NCBI RefSeq assembly: GCF_009914755.1
Contig: NC_060930.1
Source: the human T2T-CHM13v2.0 reference genome, Homo sapiens
Length of the DNA: 64,000 nt
Strand: one strand, 5' to 3'
Under the pieces are notes generated by a model. That model was not told the DNA's origin and made no database searches. It worked only from the letters and a program-made list of their open reading frames with translations. Below are positions 17,480-34,700 of the stretch, piece by piece; position 1 is the first letter of the stretch, and each line of letters begins with the position of its first letter. The translations under genes were made by a program, and so were the position numbers.

Positions 17480-18506
17480 CTTGTAGTTATTATAATTTGC
17501 TCCACTAGCCAGTGCAACTCTGGGTCCTTAAGGTAAAATAATAGCTGGGTTTCGTTTGGCTAATTTTGAAGCCAGTCAACAATTAATGGAATAATAGATT
17601 TTAAATTTAAAATCAAATAGATTTAAAATCAAATATATAAAGGTTAATAATGCAATTGAACAGTGCTGTGATTTGTAAAATAATGTAAATAGGAGTTACA
17701 TTTGCTGTAGTTTCAAAAATCAGATTCTAAAGCTATGCAAGGATGATTTTTCCAGATCTCATTTTAGTTGAATTAGTTGGTTAGTAGAGTTAATTATGTA
17801 GTGCTAAAAGTGGCTCCAATAAACGGAAACTTAGTAATGAGTTTTGCATAAATACACAACTAATACATATTTGCAAATCATTATTATGTACATTATTGCT
17901 TTATTTATAAAACCTGAATGAACTTGTTATAAGTTATAGTAGGCATACACACACACACATGCACACACACTACATTCACCTATTTTGGAGAGAAAAATCT
18001 TGTGATATCATTTCTATATTTATTATAAATATTATTCATAATGAGGGTTCAAGTTCTATAGGGTATTAGTATATGACACACCATGCTATTTAAAACTATA
18101 AATGTATTTTACCTAATTACATCTAAGTTTTTCTGTAGCTACTCTTCCAGAAACACATTTTGTTGTTTATACCTAGACTTTCACAGTGTTTACGCTTTAA
18201 CTCCATTAATTTATCTGGTTTATTAATTTTATCAGATAGGAATATGTTTGATTAGATAGCTAGGATTTGTTGATCTAATACTACGGCTACAATCTGGCAT
18301 ATTTCATTTCACTTGGCATTACAAATATTACTAATGTTTATAAATACTTTCAAGAACTTATGGAAATTAAGGACAGATTAGTTTCCTTTCAAAGTGTAAG
18401 AGCTACCTACATACATATCTAATTATGCATTTTAGAAAGACTCATCATCTCAAACATTATCACTGGTATATTCAAAGAGTATTTGACCTTTAAAAAATAA
18501 ATATAA

Positions 18507-18837
<331 letters not shown>

Positions 18838-19665
18838 AGGATACTATGTTTTTGAAAATATAAATTGGGATCAAATTAGAGTGCATTCATATGTGTCAAT
18901 ACTGTAAGACTGTTCAGTTAAAATAGCTTTACACTGGACTTCTGTCAAGAATGAAATTATAAACTTTCTAATAAAAAATTATGAATCAGTGGTAATTTAT
19001 TAGAATGGTAATAAATATAGATATTGAAATTAACATATTTTCATGTACACAGTTCATTGTTAGAAGGTTAGGAAAAGGGTAGAACACATTGTGAGGACAT
19101 TCAGAGCTGTGCTTTCAGCAAAGACAGACATCTGAAGACAAGTGCCCCTCCTTTACCCATTGCTCCCCCACCACCCATAGGTCTTGCTGGACCCATACCT
19201 TTATTCGCCCTGGAGAAGAGCCTTCTCACTATACCGTCGGCCTCTGGTGGCAGCACAGAAACAATCCTCTCTGCATCCCCAGTCCTGGGAGCATAAGCTG
19301 TGCTCAGGCTTTCTTGGGGACTGAAAGCTGAGTTGAAATTATTTTTCCCAGGACTTTTAAAATGCATGCTGTTATAATTCTCAATGTGCACTCTAACATT
19401 AGTATATCACAAAATGTATGCACACTTATCCTGATAGCATAAGAAAAAACTCACTAAAATCAATTTTGAAAAGAAAACTGCAATAATTTTAATATTTGCA
19501 AACAATAATGTACTAAAATTTACTAATAACATTGCCTTAAATTTTGTTTTTTCTTTTTAATTTTAGAATAACATACAAATCTACTTTGTGCTATGCTCTT
19601 TTCTTTTCTTCCTTTGAAGTCCATTCAGTGGCACAAGAAGAGGAGAGAATAAAGAAGGGAAGAAA

Positions 19666-21300
19666 ATGCATTCCTATATATTGGAGCTTATATTGGTAGT
19701 ATAAAACTTTCAGCTTCTCTTCAGTAAATATATTTGGTTCTACCTTCGACTTATGAGGTCTAAATGAACCAGAGGCAAAAGAACTATTTCTTGCTTGGTT
19801 CCTATGAGAAAGGCCTCATTGTTTGTTAACCAACAAGAAAACCCGACATTCTTGTTTTTGTTCCCCTTATTGTGTTCCTTTTCTTAACTGTCATTTCCAA
19901 GAAATTTTAACCCCACATTTTTTATTACTTATTCAAGTAAATGCAAGTAAACTTATTATAATGACCATACCCCCTTGAAATCTAGCTCTTTTGCAAAAGA
20001 AGGAAATACAGATCTATACTATGAATTTGATTTCTTGACCTCAACTAAAGTCACAGCATAAAATAAATATGAATTAATACGAATTGTAATTATTATTCCA
20101 ATTTTTATCTTTGAGACTATGTAAGTACAGAACAAATTTAGAAGGTTGATGTATCCAACAGACATTTTTGTCCTTCGATGCCATTTGGACTTGCCACTGG
20201 ATAATTTAGCACTGGTGATTTAATATAAAAAATAGTTTTATACATGTTGACTGAATTTCCCATTTTCAGTACTGAAGAGCCACATCAATCTTTCCATTAG
20301 TGAAAGGGGGTTATATTTTAAAATGAAATTTGTTTTGAGGACACTATAAACAGAATTAAGTGTATTGTTAAGTATTCTTTCTTTCATATAAGTGTAAATT
20401 GTTGACACATGGAGAGAGGAGATGCCAGACTACAGATCATTCTTGTTGGATGAAGCATGTACTGAAGTATCACTTTCTAACAATTAAGAAATTAGCACTA
20501 ACAATTATGTGTCATCTTGTCTCTAGAGCTCACAGCATGATTAGTTTATGCCTAATTAAGGGCCTAAATCAGCAAAGAATGTCTGGCTTCAGCCTTAGGG
20601 GGAATTCCTATAGGCTACTTTCTAAGCTTTCTCTATTTAAATGAGAATGTAATTCAATTTTAAATGACAATCTAACAGGATCCTTACTATTTCCCATCTT
20701 CTGATTTCAAAAAAAAAATCTGATTTTCATCTCTATTTCCATGCTGTCCTTTCAATTTGTAAAAAAAAAAAAAGAAGAAAAATAAAAGAAAAAGTCTACA
20801 CAAACTTGAAGGTTTTAGTTCTCTACAAAAGAACTAGGTTTTCTTTTCTATTCAAACAGATCAAAATTCGTTATAATTTCAAATTCCTAGAAAAATCTTT
20901 TAAAACTGAAATCCCCAGTTCAGCACCAACAGTCATGTTCCTTCTCTCAATAAAGGGGAAGTAGACATTTAGTCTGACATATTTGGAGCATTTTATTAAT
21001 TATTTAATTAAAATACTTATTAATCATAGTAATTAAAAGATTGGAGACAAGACTATGAGAAAAATTAATGAATTATAATGACACTATATATGCACACAAA
21101 TACACACTATTTGTGTGTGTATGTGTGTGTGTATATATATATATATACCTATATTCACATACTCACATATATATACTATATGCATGCCTATATATTGGAG
21201 CTTATATGACCTCATATTAGTAGTATAAAACTTTCAGCTTTTCCTCAGTAAGTATATTTGGTTCCACTTTTGACTTACGAGGTCTAAATGAACAAGAGGC
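19666..21300 (+). repeat. Local direct duplication, ~110-120 bp (19666-19776 and 21180-21300)
   Basis: Shared cctatatattggagcttatat...tagtataaaactttcagctt...gaggtctaaatgaac.agaggc. The second copy lies inside a (TA/CA/TG) microsatellite. Confidence 0.9.
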
Positions 21301-21530
21301 TTATATGTATATATACACACACACACATATACTATATATATAATGTGTATATATATACTATATATACATGTGCATTTATATGTATGCATATATACATATA
21401 TGCACATATATGCATGATATGCATTTATATGTATATACATATACACATATGGAATTTACACATATGGAATTTATCATGTTGCACATACACATATGGAATT
21501 TATCATGTTTATATTCCTACATGCATGATA
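21085..21530. repeat. Complex (TA/TG/CA)n microsatellite with catatggaattta repeats
   Basis: Direct inspection. Confidence 0.85.
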
Positions 21531-21814
21531 TCATAATTTTATCTCTTTTTTACAGCTGAGGAAACTGGAAACTGAAGCTTGGAAGTGTTTATTAACTTTC
21601 ACATGGTCATAGAGCTAGTAAAATGGCTGAGGCACAAAGTCAAGAAAACAGAACCGACTAATATAAAGTAAAGGTCAAAGGAGTGCAAATAAAATTCCTA
21701 ATTGCAGGTTGCCTTTATGATTAGACACGCCCTTTCAAAGCTAATTTAACCCTAAAGGAATGTCTTACACAAAAATGTAAAACAAATGGCTCAAACAGTT
21801 TATCAAAAATAAGA

Positions 21815-22025
21815 AAAAGGTTCTTAATGCAACTTTTATTTTTCTTTTGACATTTCTTTGCATGCATGACAAATTTAGAAAATATGACTAAAAAGAAATC
21901 TGCTTTCTCTAAAAGACAGAATTGTTTTTTAAAACACTTATAATATCAATATGGTAAAATAAAGAAACCAAGAAACCTTGATCTTATGGATATATAAACA
22001 GAAATGCCTATATATTAGAAGTTAC
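21815..22025 (-). pseudogene. Candidate terminal exon 13 (VTSNI-stop plus 3'UTR)
   Basis: Acceptor aattgttttgtag|GTA in phase 0, matching exon 12. TAG stop at 22010-22008 and minus-strand AATAAA at 21840-21835. Confidence 0.4.
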
Positions 22026-22413
22026 CTACAAAACAATTTTCCATGTTTAACTAAAACCAGTTTTATTCTTCCGCAGTTTCCAAAGTGGAAATCAACAACT
22101 TCAAAGGAACAAAAACAAAAGAAAACTAAAACAGGAATAAAAAAGAAACAAATTATGTTTCTTAATTACAGGGCAAACTTTGAAAAGGAAAAATGTCTTT
22201 ATATATACCACACTTTAATCCTAGAGTCTCTCCTTCACTTAAATTTATGTATTTGGTTTGCCAGAGTACACTTGGATTAGGCATTCCTCTACCCATATGC
22301 ACCACAAAGCAAGAAATTACTTCATTAATATTTTTCTCTGAAAAAGTTGAAATCTAAAATGGACCAGGTTAAAATCTGAAGATAAACTTGTGTCTTCCAG
22401 TTGCACAATTTAC

Positions 22414-22585
22414 CTTCAAATACTTTTCAAAAACATTTGAAAGATCGGCTACTGCTGCTGGACTGGAGTCACAGGGACACAGCATTATTGATGACAGCTG
22501 ATGAATTTTTTTAATTTGCTCAGTACTTGAAATACGTTTGTTATGGGGGACTGTTGTTAGAAATTGTTTTACTATTTTTGGAAGA
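22414..22585 (-). pseudogene. Gc-like pseudogene exon 12 (end of TM and cytoplasmic tail)
   Basis: Acceptor caacacatcag|T and donor AAG|gtaaat. Stop-free LPKIVKQFLTTVPHNKRISSTEQIKKIHQLSSIMLCPCDSSPAAVADLSNVFEKYLK (within track ORF 22369..22620). It could instead read through to the stop at 22369. Confidence 0.7.
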
Positions 22586-22990
22586 CTGATGTGTTGAAAC
22601 ACATGAAAGTATATGAACATATATATTTATATATGATATTTATACACATACATATATACATATACATATATATATAACATCTAAAATATAGGCACTGCTG
22701 ATATTCAGATTTTCTCATAGGCAATGCTTTGATCCTGAGATCCCCAAAGGTCCAAATGGAGTACAGTACAAAACACACTCATATGAAGCCATTAACAAAT
22801 ATTCAAATAACCAAAGTAAAAAAAAAAAAAAAAACAAACAAAAAAAAACAGAATGGGCCTAAGGAAATCAGATATTTGACCTGAAAACAATTTATATACT
22901 ATTCTATTGCATTGCTTATCTTCCCTTCAAATGGAATTTTACATGGAGAATATAAAGCTGGATCAGTTTTTTGTAGGTGTCACTCCATAC

Positions 22991-23054
22991 ATACAGAAAA
23001 TACAAGCAGCAAAGATGTATTGCAATACATATTTTATCAACCTCCAACTATTTC
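22991..23054 (-). pseudogene. Gc-like pseudogene exon 11 (transmembrane helix)
   Basis: Acceptor tattttctttggcag|GA and donor TAT|gtatgg. It reads (G)NSWRLIKYVLQYIFAACIFC(I), is hydrophobic and stop-free, and its phases fit both neighbours. Confidence 0.7.
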
Positions 23055-23300
23055 CTGCCAAAGAAAATACAGGTTCTCCCTTCTAACTTAACATGCGATA
23101 GATTGACATAATAGAATGTTTATTCCATTACATTTTTAAATGATTTGTTTGGTAATGATACTCAAAAATGCTGGTTTCTTGGTATTCATTTTAAAGGACT
23201 TGCAGGGCAATTTCTATTTTATATTGATAACCATAAAATAAATGATTCTTATATCTGAGGAACAGATAAAAAATCACATATCAGCTTATTTCATACTCAC

Positions 23301-23526
23301 CAGTTATATGGTTAGAAAATATTTCTACAACGTTTTGCCATTTTTATATGTTCAAAAAAAAAATTCCTGTATTTTAAACCAGTGCAACAAAGCTTATCTT
23401 TGTTCCTCACAAAGGCTATAATTTTAACCTTCTTTGTTTCCCCTTCCCCAACACCTGTATTTCCATCAAGTTTTGAGAAAGGCGAATGGAGGGACAATGG
23501 CTTATTTATTTTACTCAGTCTTTTAC
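23301..23526 (-). pseudogene. Gc-like pseudogene exon 10 (domain III end, stem, membrane-proximal region)
   Basis: Acceptor ttttttttaatag|GT and consensus donor CTG|gtgagt. It reads KLDGNTGVG..KIIAFVRNKDKLCC, similar to Gc KVCNTKVE..TAYIREKDERC. A +1 in a T10 run gives ...KWQNVVEIFSNHIT(G), and the 226-nt length fits exactly one extra base. Confidence 0.8.
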
Positions 23527-24756
23527 CTATTAAAAAAAATCCCATAGAATTGGCCCTGAGGATTAGGTTAGAGAGAAACTCCAATGAACTTATTTTTTTA
23601 GGCACAAGTTTTAAAATACAAATGCTCACTAAAACTATTATTTGTCTTTTAACTGAAATACACTACTTCAGTCACAATACTATTGAAATAAAGGGAAAAA
23701 GAAAAGAAAGGAAAAACACTTACTTGGGACATAAGGCATTAAAATGCACTGTAAATAACTACCTTTGTTGGCATTTTTAATGTGATTTTTGTCTTATTTT
23801 TTCTCAATCTGACTTAAAAAGCAGTTTATAATAAGGCATTGTTCATTGTCTATATCCAAATAGAAGGCCTATCAATGACAAGTTTCTGTTCTGTAGTGAT
23901 ATTCAATATTCATTTGATTTGAGAGCATTATCTAGTAAACACAACTACTTTTTAATGGATGAATCAATGATTTATGTTGGATCAAAATATTCATCAGTTA
24001 ATAATAAAGAATAGTGTCTGTTCTTCCTGAAACTAAATGAACAACAAATAAACATACACACACACACAAACATAAACCATCAAAATCTGGCTCTTCTCAT
24101 TTGTTTCTGACAGTGGCCCACTTCTTCTAAGATATTAAAGGGGCCTATTAATCCTTAATGAGGAGAATAACATGTTTGCAAAATATGAAAATAGAGGAAA
24201 TAGTCCTTAGCCTGAGCTACTGATCTGTTCATGTTACTGGAAAAAATGATGGCCTCTTCAAATATTATCCTAAATAAAATTATAATTATCCAAATAAATG
24301 GCTAATGACTTTTCTCAAATTGCTTATTAACAATTTACTGAACAAGTGTTAATAGAAACAGAAAAGAAAGTTTCCCATAGTCACCATCAATCATTAGAAT
24401 TTGAGGAGATATTTGGATAAAGTATTTTACGGGCAATACATATTTTTAGGAAAAATGACTAAAAAACGTAGGTAAAATAGAAAATCCCATAATATACACA
24501 AAAACATAATTTAATTAACTACATATAAATGAACATATTCTATGAAGTGAGTTATGGTTGCTTAAAGGGCCACATCCTAGGAGTCAGAGGCTATAACTCA
24601 GGTTTGTTAGTGAATGTAAAAGTAACACAAGAATTTTCCTGTCTGATTTTGGGTAGAAGAAATTGGTAGAAGAGTAAAAGTGTAATGATCTTTATAAATT
24701 GAAGCTCCATGAGATTGGGAAACTTTTTTTTTTCAGTATGTCCATTCTTTCTCAGC

Positions 24757-27915
<3,159 letters not shown>

Positions 27916-28667
27916 TTTCACATTTCTTGCTCTCCTGGTACCTAGCACGGTGTCTAGCATTAGAATGACAGAATCAAAGTTGTCTGTGATCATTAATAAG
28001 AACCTTAAATTAAGAATTAAACATCCAGTGCACATTAGACTTTGTAAGAGCTCACATAGTCTATGTGAGGTAAGAGCTCGCATAGTCTAATGACATAAGG
28101 AGGTTCAAGAGGAAAATCTTATAAATGGTCTCAGAGACCCTCTAAATATTTTCAGTTCTGGAACCTATTGGTTTGCAGCATCAAACAGATATCAAAATTC
28201 AATGTCAACTATTTAGACTTGGATGGATATAAATGTGTAGGTAATGCAAATATATATTATCTTTTAAATTATGGCATCAGACAGTAATTCCTAATAAGTT
28301 CTTTCTCCTTTGCCAGAAAGTCTAGAGGTAAGGGAACCCTTAGGCATTGTTATTGATGAAGGTAGGTCTATCCAAGAAGAAATATCAAACTTTGTGTCTT
28401 TGGGTAATTTACATTTATGATCCTCAATTTCCTTATCAGTAAAACGTGCGAGTACAGAACTTGTTTGTAGTGTTATGAGCATTAAATGCATTAATGACTT
28501 AAGGCTTCATTTGATAACAATGATTACCACACATCAAATGACAACATATGTTAGATATCTACTATCTAAAAATTAAATCATAACACTAGAGTTCTAGAGA
28601 TAGCTCAAGAGGGGCCATATAGATTTAAGATTCCATGACAGTTGCTGAGTCCGTGAAAATAAATAAG

Positions 28668-28820
28668 AGCCAAGAATGGTAGCTTGCTCCTGTAATCCCA
28701 GCTACTTGGAAGGCTGAGGCAGGAGGATGTTTGCATCCAGGAGTTCAAGGCTGCAATGGGCTATGATTGCACCACTGAACTCCAGCCTGGGTGACAGAGT
28801 GAGACACAGTCTCTTAAAAA
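28668..28820 (+). mobile_element. FRAM/FAM-type Alu monomer
   Basis: cctgtaatcccagctacttggaaggctgaggcaggagg...ctccagcctgggtgacagagtgagac. Confidence 0.85.
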
Positions 28821-28976
28821 GAGAGAGAGAATAAATTGGTTATGCGAGAAAAACAATAGGATGAGAGAATTAGGTCAAGGCTCAGCTCTGAGATACATAA
28901 TATTTAATAAGCAAGAAGGAAGCTGTGTGGAGAAGAGTGTGGAAATGGACAGAATACTGATAATAAAGTTGGAGAG

Positions 28977-29374
28977 TGTGTTAGGCTGTTCTTGCACTGC
29001 TATAAAGGAATACTTAAGACTAGGTAATTTGTAAGAAAAGAGGTTTAATTGGTTCATGGTTCTGCAGGCTGTACAGAAAGCATAGCAGCACCTGTTTCTG
29101 GGGAGCCCTCCAATCACAGCAGAAGACAAAGAGGAACAGACATATCACGTGGAAAAAGTAGGAACAAGAGAAAGAGTAAAAGTGCCACACACTTTTAAAC
29201 AAGCAGGTCTCATGAGAACTCACTATGGTGAGGACGGCATCAAGAGAATGGTGCTAAACCATTCACGAGAAATCCACCCACATGATTCAGTCACCTCCCA
29301 CCAAACCCCACCTGCAATACTGGGGATTAAAATTTAACATGACATTTGGGTGGGGACATATATTCAAACTATAA
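28977..29374 (-). mobile_element. MST-type (MSTA-like) MaLR solo LTR
   Basis: tgtgttaggctgttcttgcactgctataaagg...atttgggtggggacatatattcaaactata. Confidence 0.88.
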
Positions 29375-29594
29375 AAGAGAGAAGATGAATTCAAATTCTT
29401 ATTCATATTTACTAGCTTAACTTTGGTAAGTTATTTATTCTCTCTGATTCTCATCTCCCTAACCTATAAGCTGTGGGTGATATAAAAATGTCAGACTTTC
29501 TAGGAAGATAAAATTGCAGTAAAATTTCACATAGCAAAACAAATTAAATATTTATATATGGTAGTTATGTTTACAGTTTGTAAAAGTGGACAAA

Positions 29595-29912
29595 GAGTGA
29601 ATAAAGTAAAAAGAGAAAAAGAAGGAAAGGAAGGAAGTGAGGAAGGAAGGAAGGAGAAATGAAGAAAAAGAAGAAATAAGAGAAGGGGAGAAATTAACAA
29701 ATGGAGGGAGAAAAAAGAAGGAAGGAAAGAAGAAGGAAGGAAGGAAAAGAGGGATGGGAAGGGAAATAGAGAAAGGAAGAAAACAGAAAAAATAGGAAGA
29801 GGATAGAGAGAAGAGAAAAAAAGAAAGAAAGGATAGAATGAAGAGCAGAGAAAAAAACAAAGAGAATGCAGAAAGAGAAAAAACAAGAAGAAAGTAGTTA
29901 ATGAAAAAAGGG
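29595..29912. repeat. GA-rich low-complexity tract
   Basis: Nearly pure purine on the plus strand; source of the F/S/L-rich track ORFs. Confidence 0.9.
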
Positions 29913-30638
29913 ACATAGCTGGGAAATTTTAGTTTTGAAAAAACCATGGCAGAGTGCTTCAAAAATGTGGTCAATATTCCTGCAGGGATGTGAGGGATTG
30001 GGAGGTGTGAAATAGTTCTGAAGATTTATATTGACCCTTGTTTCCTCTTTTATCTTCAGCATAACTAAGAAAATGGGTTTTGGAAAAAGTTTGTTATATC
30101 TTTACAGAAATAAACACATATACAGACAGGCAGCAAGTTCTGTGACAAGTACTGTTTTATTTTTTGCTGTTTGCTTACCACAGTGATGTTTTTCATGGAA
30201 AAAAAGTAATTACATAGAATATCATATCCCAGAGATAAAAAGTTACTATTTTCTACAAATCCTGTTTATATCTTTCTATGTGCTTTTTCACGGCCTCCCA
30301 TGATACACATTTTATGTGCACTATTTTTTATTTAGCATTACACTGATATACTTACCTATATTATTCTAAATTATTGTATAGTCTGTGCCATGCTTCCTAA
30401 ACTAAGTTATTATTGTTGGATAATAAGGATATTTACCTTATTTTGCTACTGAAAATAGAGTTACAATAAGGAATCCAGCACATAAATCACTTTCATAGAA
30501 TATGTTTTTGGACATGAAATAGTTGCATCAAAGAATTTTTAAAGTCTTGTTAATAAGTACCCATTCAAATTGATTAAACTTAGAGTGAATTGTATGGAAA
30601 ATGAACATTGATCAAGTAATCAGTGTCAATATAAAACA

Positions 30639-31704
30639 CAGTCATGTGTTGCTTAATAATGGAAATACACTCTAAGAAATGCATCATTAGGCAATTTTGT
30701 TATTGTGCCAACATCAAAGTGTACCTATACAAAATCAGATGATATAGCCTACTGCATACCTAGGCTATACGGTATAGCCTGTTGCTCATAGGCTACAAGC
30801 CTATGAGTACTATACTGAATACTGTAGATGATTGTAACACAATGGTAACTATTTGCATATCTGTGTATCTAGGCATAGGACAGTACACTACTGTAGACTT
30901 TGAGCACTGTACACTTAGGCACTAAACTTATAATAAATATTTTTCTTTCTTCGATAGTAAATTAAACTTAGCTTACTGTAACTTTTTCACTTTGTAAACT
31001 TTTAAATTGTTTTAACTTTTTGACTTTCATAATAATACTTAACATAAATTACAAATACATTGTACAGCTGTACAAAATATGTTCTTTCTTTATATCCTTA
31101 TTCTATAAGTTTTTTCTTACTTTTAAACTTTTAAATATTATTTTACTTTTTTAAACTTTAGTGTTAAAAATGAAGAAACAGGCATACATATTAGCTTAGG
31201 CCCACACGGGGTCAAGATCATCAATATCAATGTTGTCCACCTTCACATCTTATCCTACTGTAAGGTCTTCAGGATCAATAATATGCATGGAGCTATCATC
31301 TCCTATAACAATGCCTTCTTCTGGAGTGCCTCCTGAAGGACCCGCCTGAGGCTGCTTTACAGTTAGCTTTTTTTTTTAAAGTAGAAGGAGTACACTCTAA
31401 AGTAACCATTAAAAGTATAGTATAGTAAATATATGAACCGTCGAGAGAATTTTTTGTTATCATGATCAAGTATTATTTACTATATATAATGTATGTGTTA
31501 CACTTTTGTGTGACTGGCCGTGCAACAGATTTGTTTACACCAGCATCACCACAAACATGTGAGTAATGCATTGTACCACGACGTTAAGTTGGATACAACA
31601 TCACTAGGTGATAGGAATGTTTCAGCTCCTTTATAATCTTATGAGACCACCATCGTGTATGCAGTCTGTCATTGACTGAAATATCCTTATGTGACACAGG
31701 ACTG
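30639..31704 (+). mobile_element. Tigger3b-like (MER7) TcMar DNA transposon
   Basis: Terminal inverted repeats cagtcatgtgttgcttaa... / ...ttatgtgacacaggactg and the internal gcctac..acctaggctatacggtatagcct hallmark. Confidence 0.88.
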
Positions 31705-34700
31705 CACTAGAAACTAGGGAAAAATAGTTTGAAGATCATCATTTAATGAACAGTTCAACGTAGAGACTTAATGATTAAAGAACAATGGATTTTGCTTTCT
31801 ACAAAAGAATTTCAGGATGGCAAGGAAACAGGAAACACAACATCATTTGTCAATTTTGTTTCTGATTGTTTTACCATATTCCTTCTGGGAAGAGATAAAA
31901 AAGAAATAATGTAATTGGCTCCAGACAGTGATGCTGTTCCCCTCTTGCCCCACTCCACTGTGAGGTCTGGCAGGTGGAGATAATGTGAATTGTGAAAGAT
32001 GGAAGAAGAAATGTGACAGGTGAGCAAACAAGAGGAGAATCCAAAACGAGGGCAGGGCGGGAGGCTGAGAAAGAAAACGTGAAGTGGCTTGCACCTGCTT
32101 GGAAGTGAAGAGCAGAGCTAAGGCTGCCAAGAGCTCCACTTCTGAAGGCATTCACAGGAGTGTTTCAAAAGGCTGGCCATGTTCCCTCCCTTATACACTT
32201 TGATCCTTCTTGATTACAGGGAGAGAAACATATTTACAAGTTTGAAAATACTTTTTAGAGAATCTCACATTCTTTTGCTATATCAGCACTAAAGTTTCAA
32301 GGAGACAGCTTCTTTGCTGGCTCAAAAATATTGGTAAAAATAGACAACATTTTAGTTTAAATACATTTTATACATTTTTCTAATTTGCATTTATATGCAG
32401 TTTAATTCCATATATTATAGAAATATAAAATGGGAGGATAAAAACATATTTCATATGTAGAAGATGTGTAATAGGAAAATATAATCCAAGATAGTGGCTG
32501 CTCTGTCAGTTGGGTCCCAGCATGATGACAAGACCAACAAGGAGCAGAGCTCCGGTCAACCCACAAGGACATGTAGCAGGAATGTAAATAGAAAGCAGAA
32601 CAAAAACCTTTGTCATTGAAATCTACTTCAGTAAAACCTAACTTGGCCTACATGATGCACTTCTCCAGGAAAAAAAAAAAGAACCGGGAAATTCACATTA
32701 AAGTGTAAGCAAAATCTAGGTGAAATATGTACAGATGAAAGAGCTTTAATGACACGTATAATAAAAAAAAATCAATGATTGTGTATGTGTGATATATATA
32801 TATATATCTTTAAAACAGGAATCAACCCAGTGCTGGTAAGGATATGGCAAGCTAGTAATGACATATCTTTCTAAAAAGCGATCCTGGGCCTTAAAGAAAT
32901 AAACAGAACTACTTTCAACTGTTTCTATGCAAAGATTTCTTCACGATGTTATTTAATGCTGTGAAAACACACACAAACACAGGTACAAATATTTGTTTCA
33001 CTGTTCTCTACAATAAGAGGATGACTTAATATATTTTTATATATTCCTATTTTCATTATTATACAGACATTAAAACTATATGTTTGAAGATGAGAAGGTA
33101 GAAATGTGGATTTTTATAAGAATCATAAACATTTGTATAATTTCTCCTACTTTGTGAGCCTCTAGTGTATGTGTCACATGCGTGGGGGCGAGTGTGTCTA
33201 TGAATACATTTTGTGGGCAATAGTTTGTGACCCCAGGCTTTAGATATTAAGACAGAAATGGGATGGGAAGAGCGACTTGGGAAGAAGGTGTCTACTGCGA
33301 ATGTACTGGGTGAAATGCTATATCTTATGCAGTGTGATCCATTCCTGCAAGTCCATTATCTTCAGTTATGTTATAAAGATATTCATGGAGAAGTTTCTGC
33401 AAATTTTCTAAAGGTTTTCATTGTAAACATATGCTCCTTGAGTTTTAAGTTGGGGGATGTTTTTGAAAGTACTGAATTTACATCGAGATCGGAAGTACAC
33501 TAAACAGTCTGTCATGAGAATAATGAAAATCCCAGATAATGTAGCTGTTCATGGAGCTATGACCTAGAAAAAAGAAATGACAGGAAGTGAATACATCTAA
33601 ATATTCACAGTGATAGCTCTGGGTGGTATGATTTTAGGGGATATTTTCTTTCCTTATTCTCTATCACAGTTTTCAAATATTCTATAGCGGGCCTACATTA
33701 TTTTATAATCAGAAAATGAATGTAACTTTTTAAAGGACTTTTTTTTAAAAAGCCTTCCTATTGAGAAGTTTTTAGCATCATCTAAAAGTTTTCATTATAG
33801 ACATTGGTCATTATGTCAAACAACTACAAATAAAGATTTTTCATAATTTCTTTGAGTTTGGTATTGGTGAAATGCTAGACTCTCCTAATAAATTAATTAA
33901 TTGTATTATGTTAAAGAAACAGCATCTCATTTTCTTCTTTTGATATTATTATTTTATTTTTAATTTTTACTTCCAGAAAACTCAGGACTAAGTTTTATGT
34001 TTATTTGAAGCAAATTCCTTTTTTCCTGGATTTTCTGCTCATCTCTTACTTAAATTATATTTTAACATTTTTCTTTTTATGTGGATAGTTTTATTGTACA
34101 TTTGTCATGCTGTAAGCTGCCTCTACTTACTATGAAAGTGCACGTTTCTGCCATGCTTCTTTTTGTATTGCAATGACGGAGCAGACAGCTCTATAAAGGG
34201 GAAGCGCCTTCATGCCTATACATATATTGTTCTTTCTACCTAACATCTACTTTTTTATGGCTGGACTGATGAAATCCTTCTGATTCTTCATATTCAGATG
34301 GATTATTAGCTCCAGAGGGTCCAACAATAATCTGTATATTACACCCACAGTAGTTTGTATATCAAATTGCAATGAATTTTCCTCTTTCACCAGGCTTTGA
34401 GTTTCTTGTACACTGGAGTTACCCTATTAAGCTCTTCAGCATCACTACACATGACTTGGCAGATGCTTAAGAAACACTTAAATGAATAAGATTAAAATAT
34501 AAGACACATAAGTGAAACTAAGCTCAATCTACTACTGCAAGAATTCCATTAAACCTCCTATTATAGGAATTTATTTATAATTTCTTTGGAATTGCAGATA
34601 ATAATCAAAACCATATTGTCTTTTGTGAAAATCTGGTTTCTATTTCTGTGGTCTGGTAGCCATGTTGTGTTCCATTAATCATTTTTTAATTTATCAAGTG

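Noticed and set aside
21234-21559. Y/I/H/M/C-rich ORFs
   Set aside because: Translations of a dinucleotide microsatellite.
29527-29974. 129- and 140-aa hydrophobic ORFs resembling membrane proteins
   Set aside because: Artefact of translating the complement of a GA-rich low-complexity tract.
31812-33503. Non-repeat ORFs at 31812-32155 and 33258-33503
   Set aside because: No convincing splice pair or protein similarity, and exons 9 and 10 join colinearly without them.
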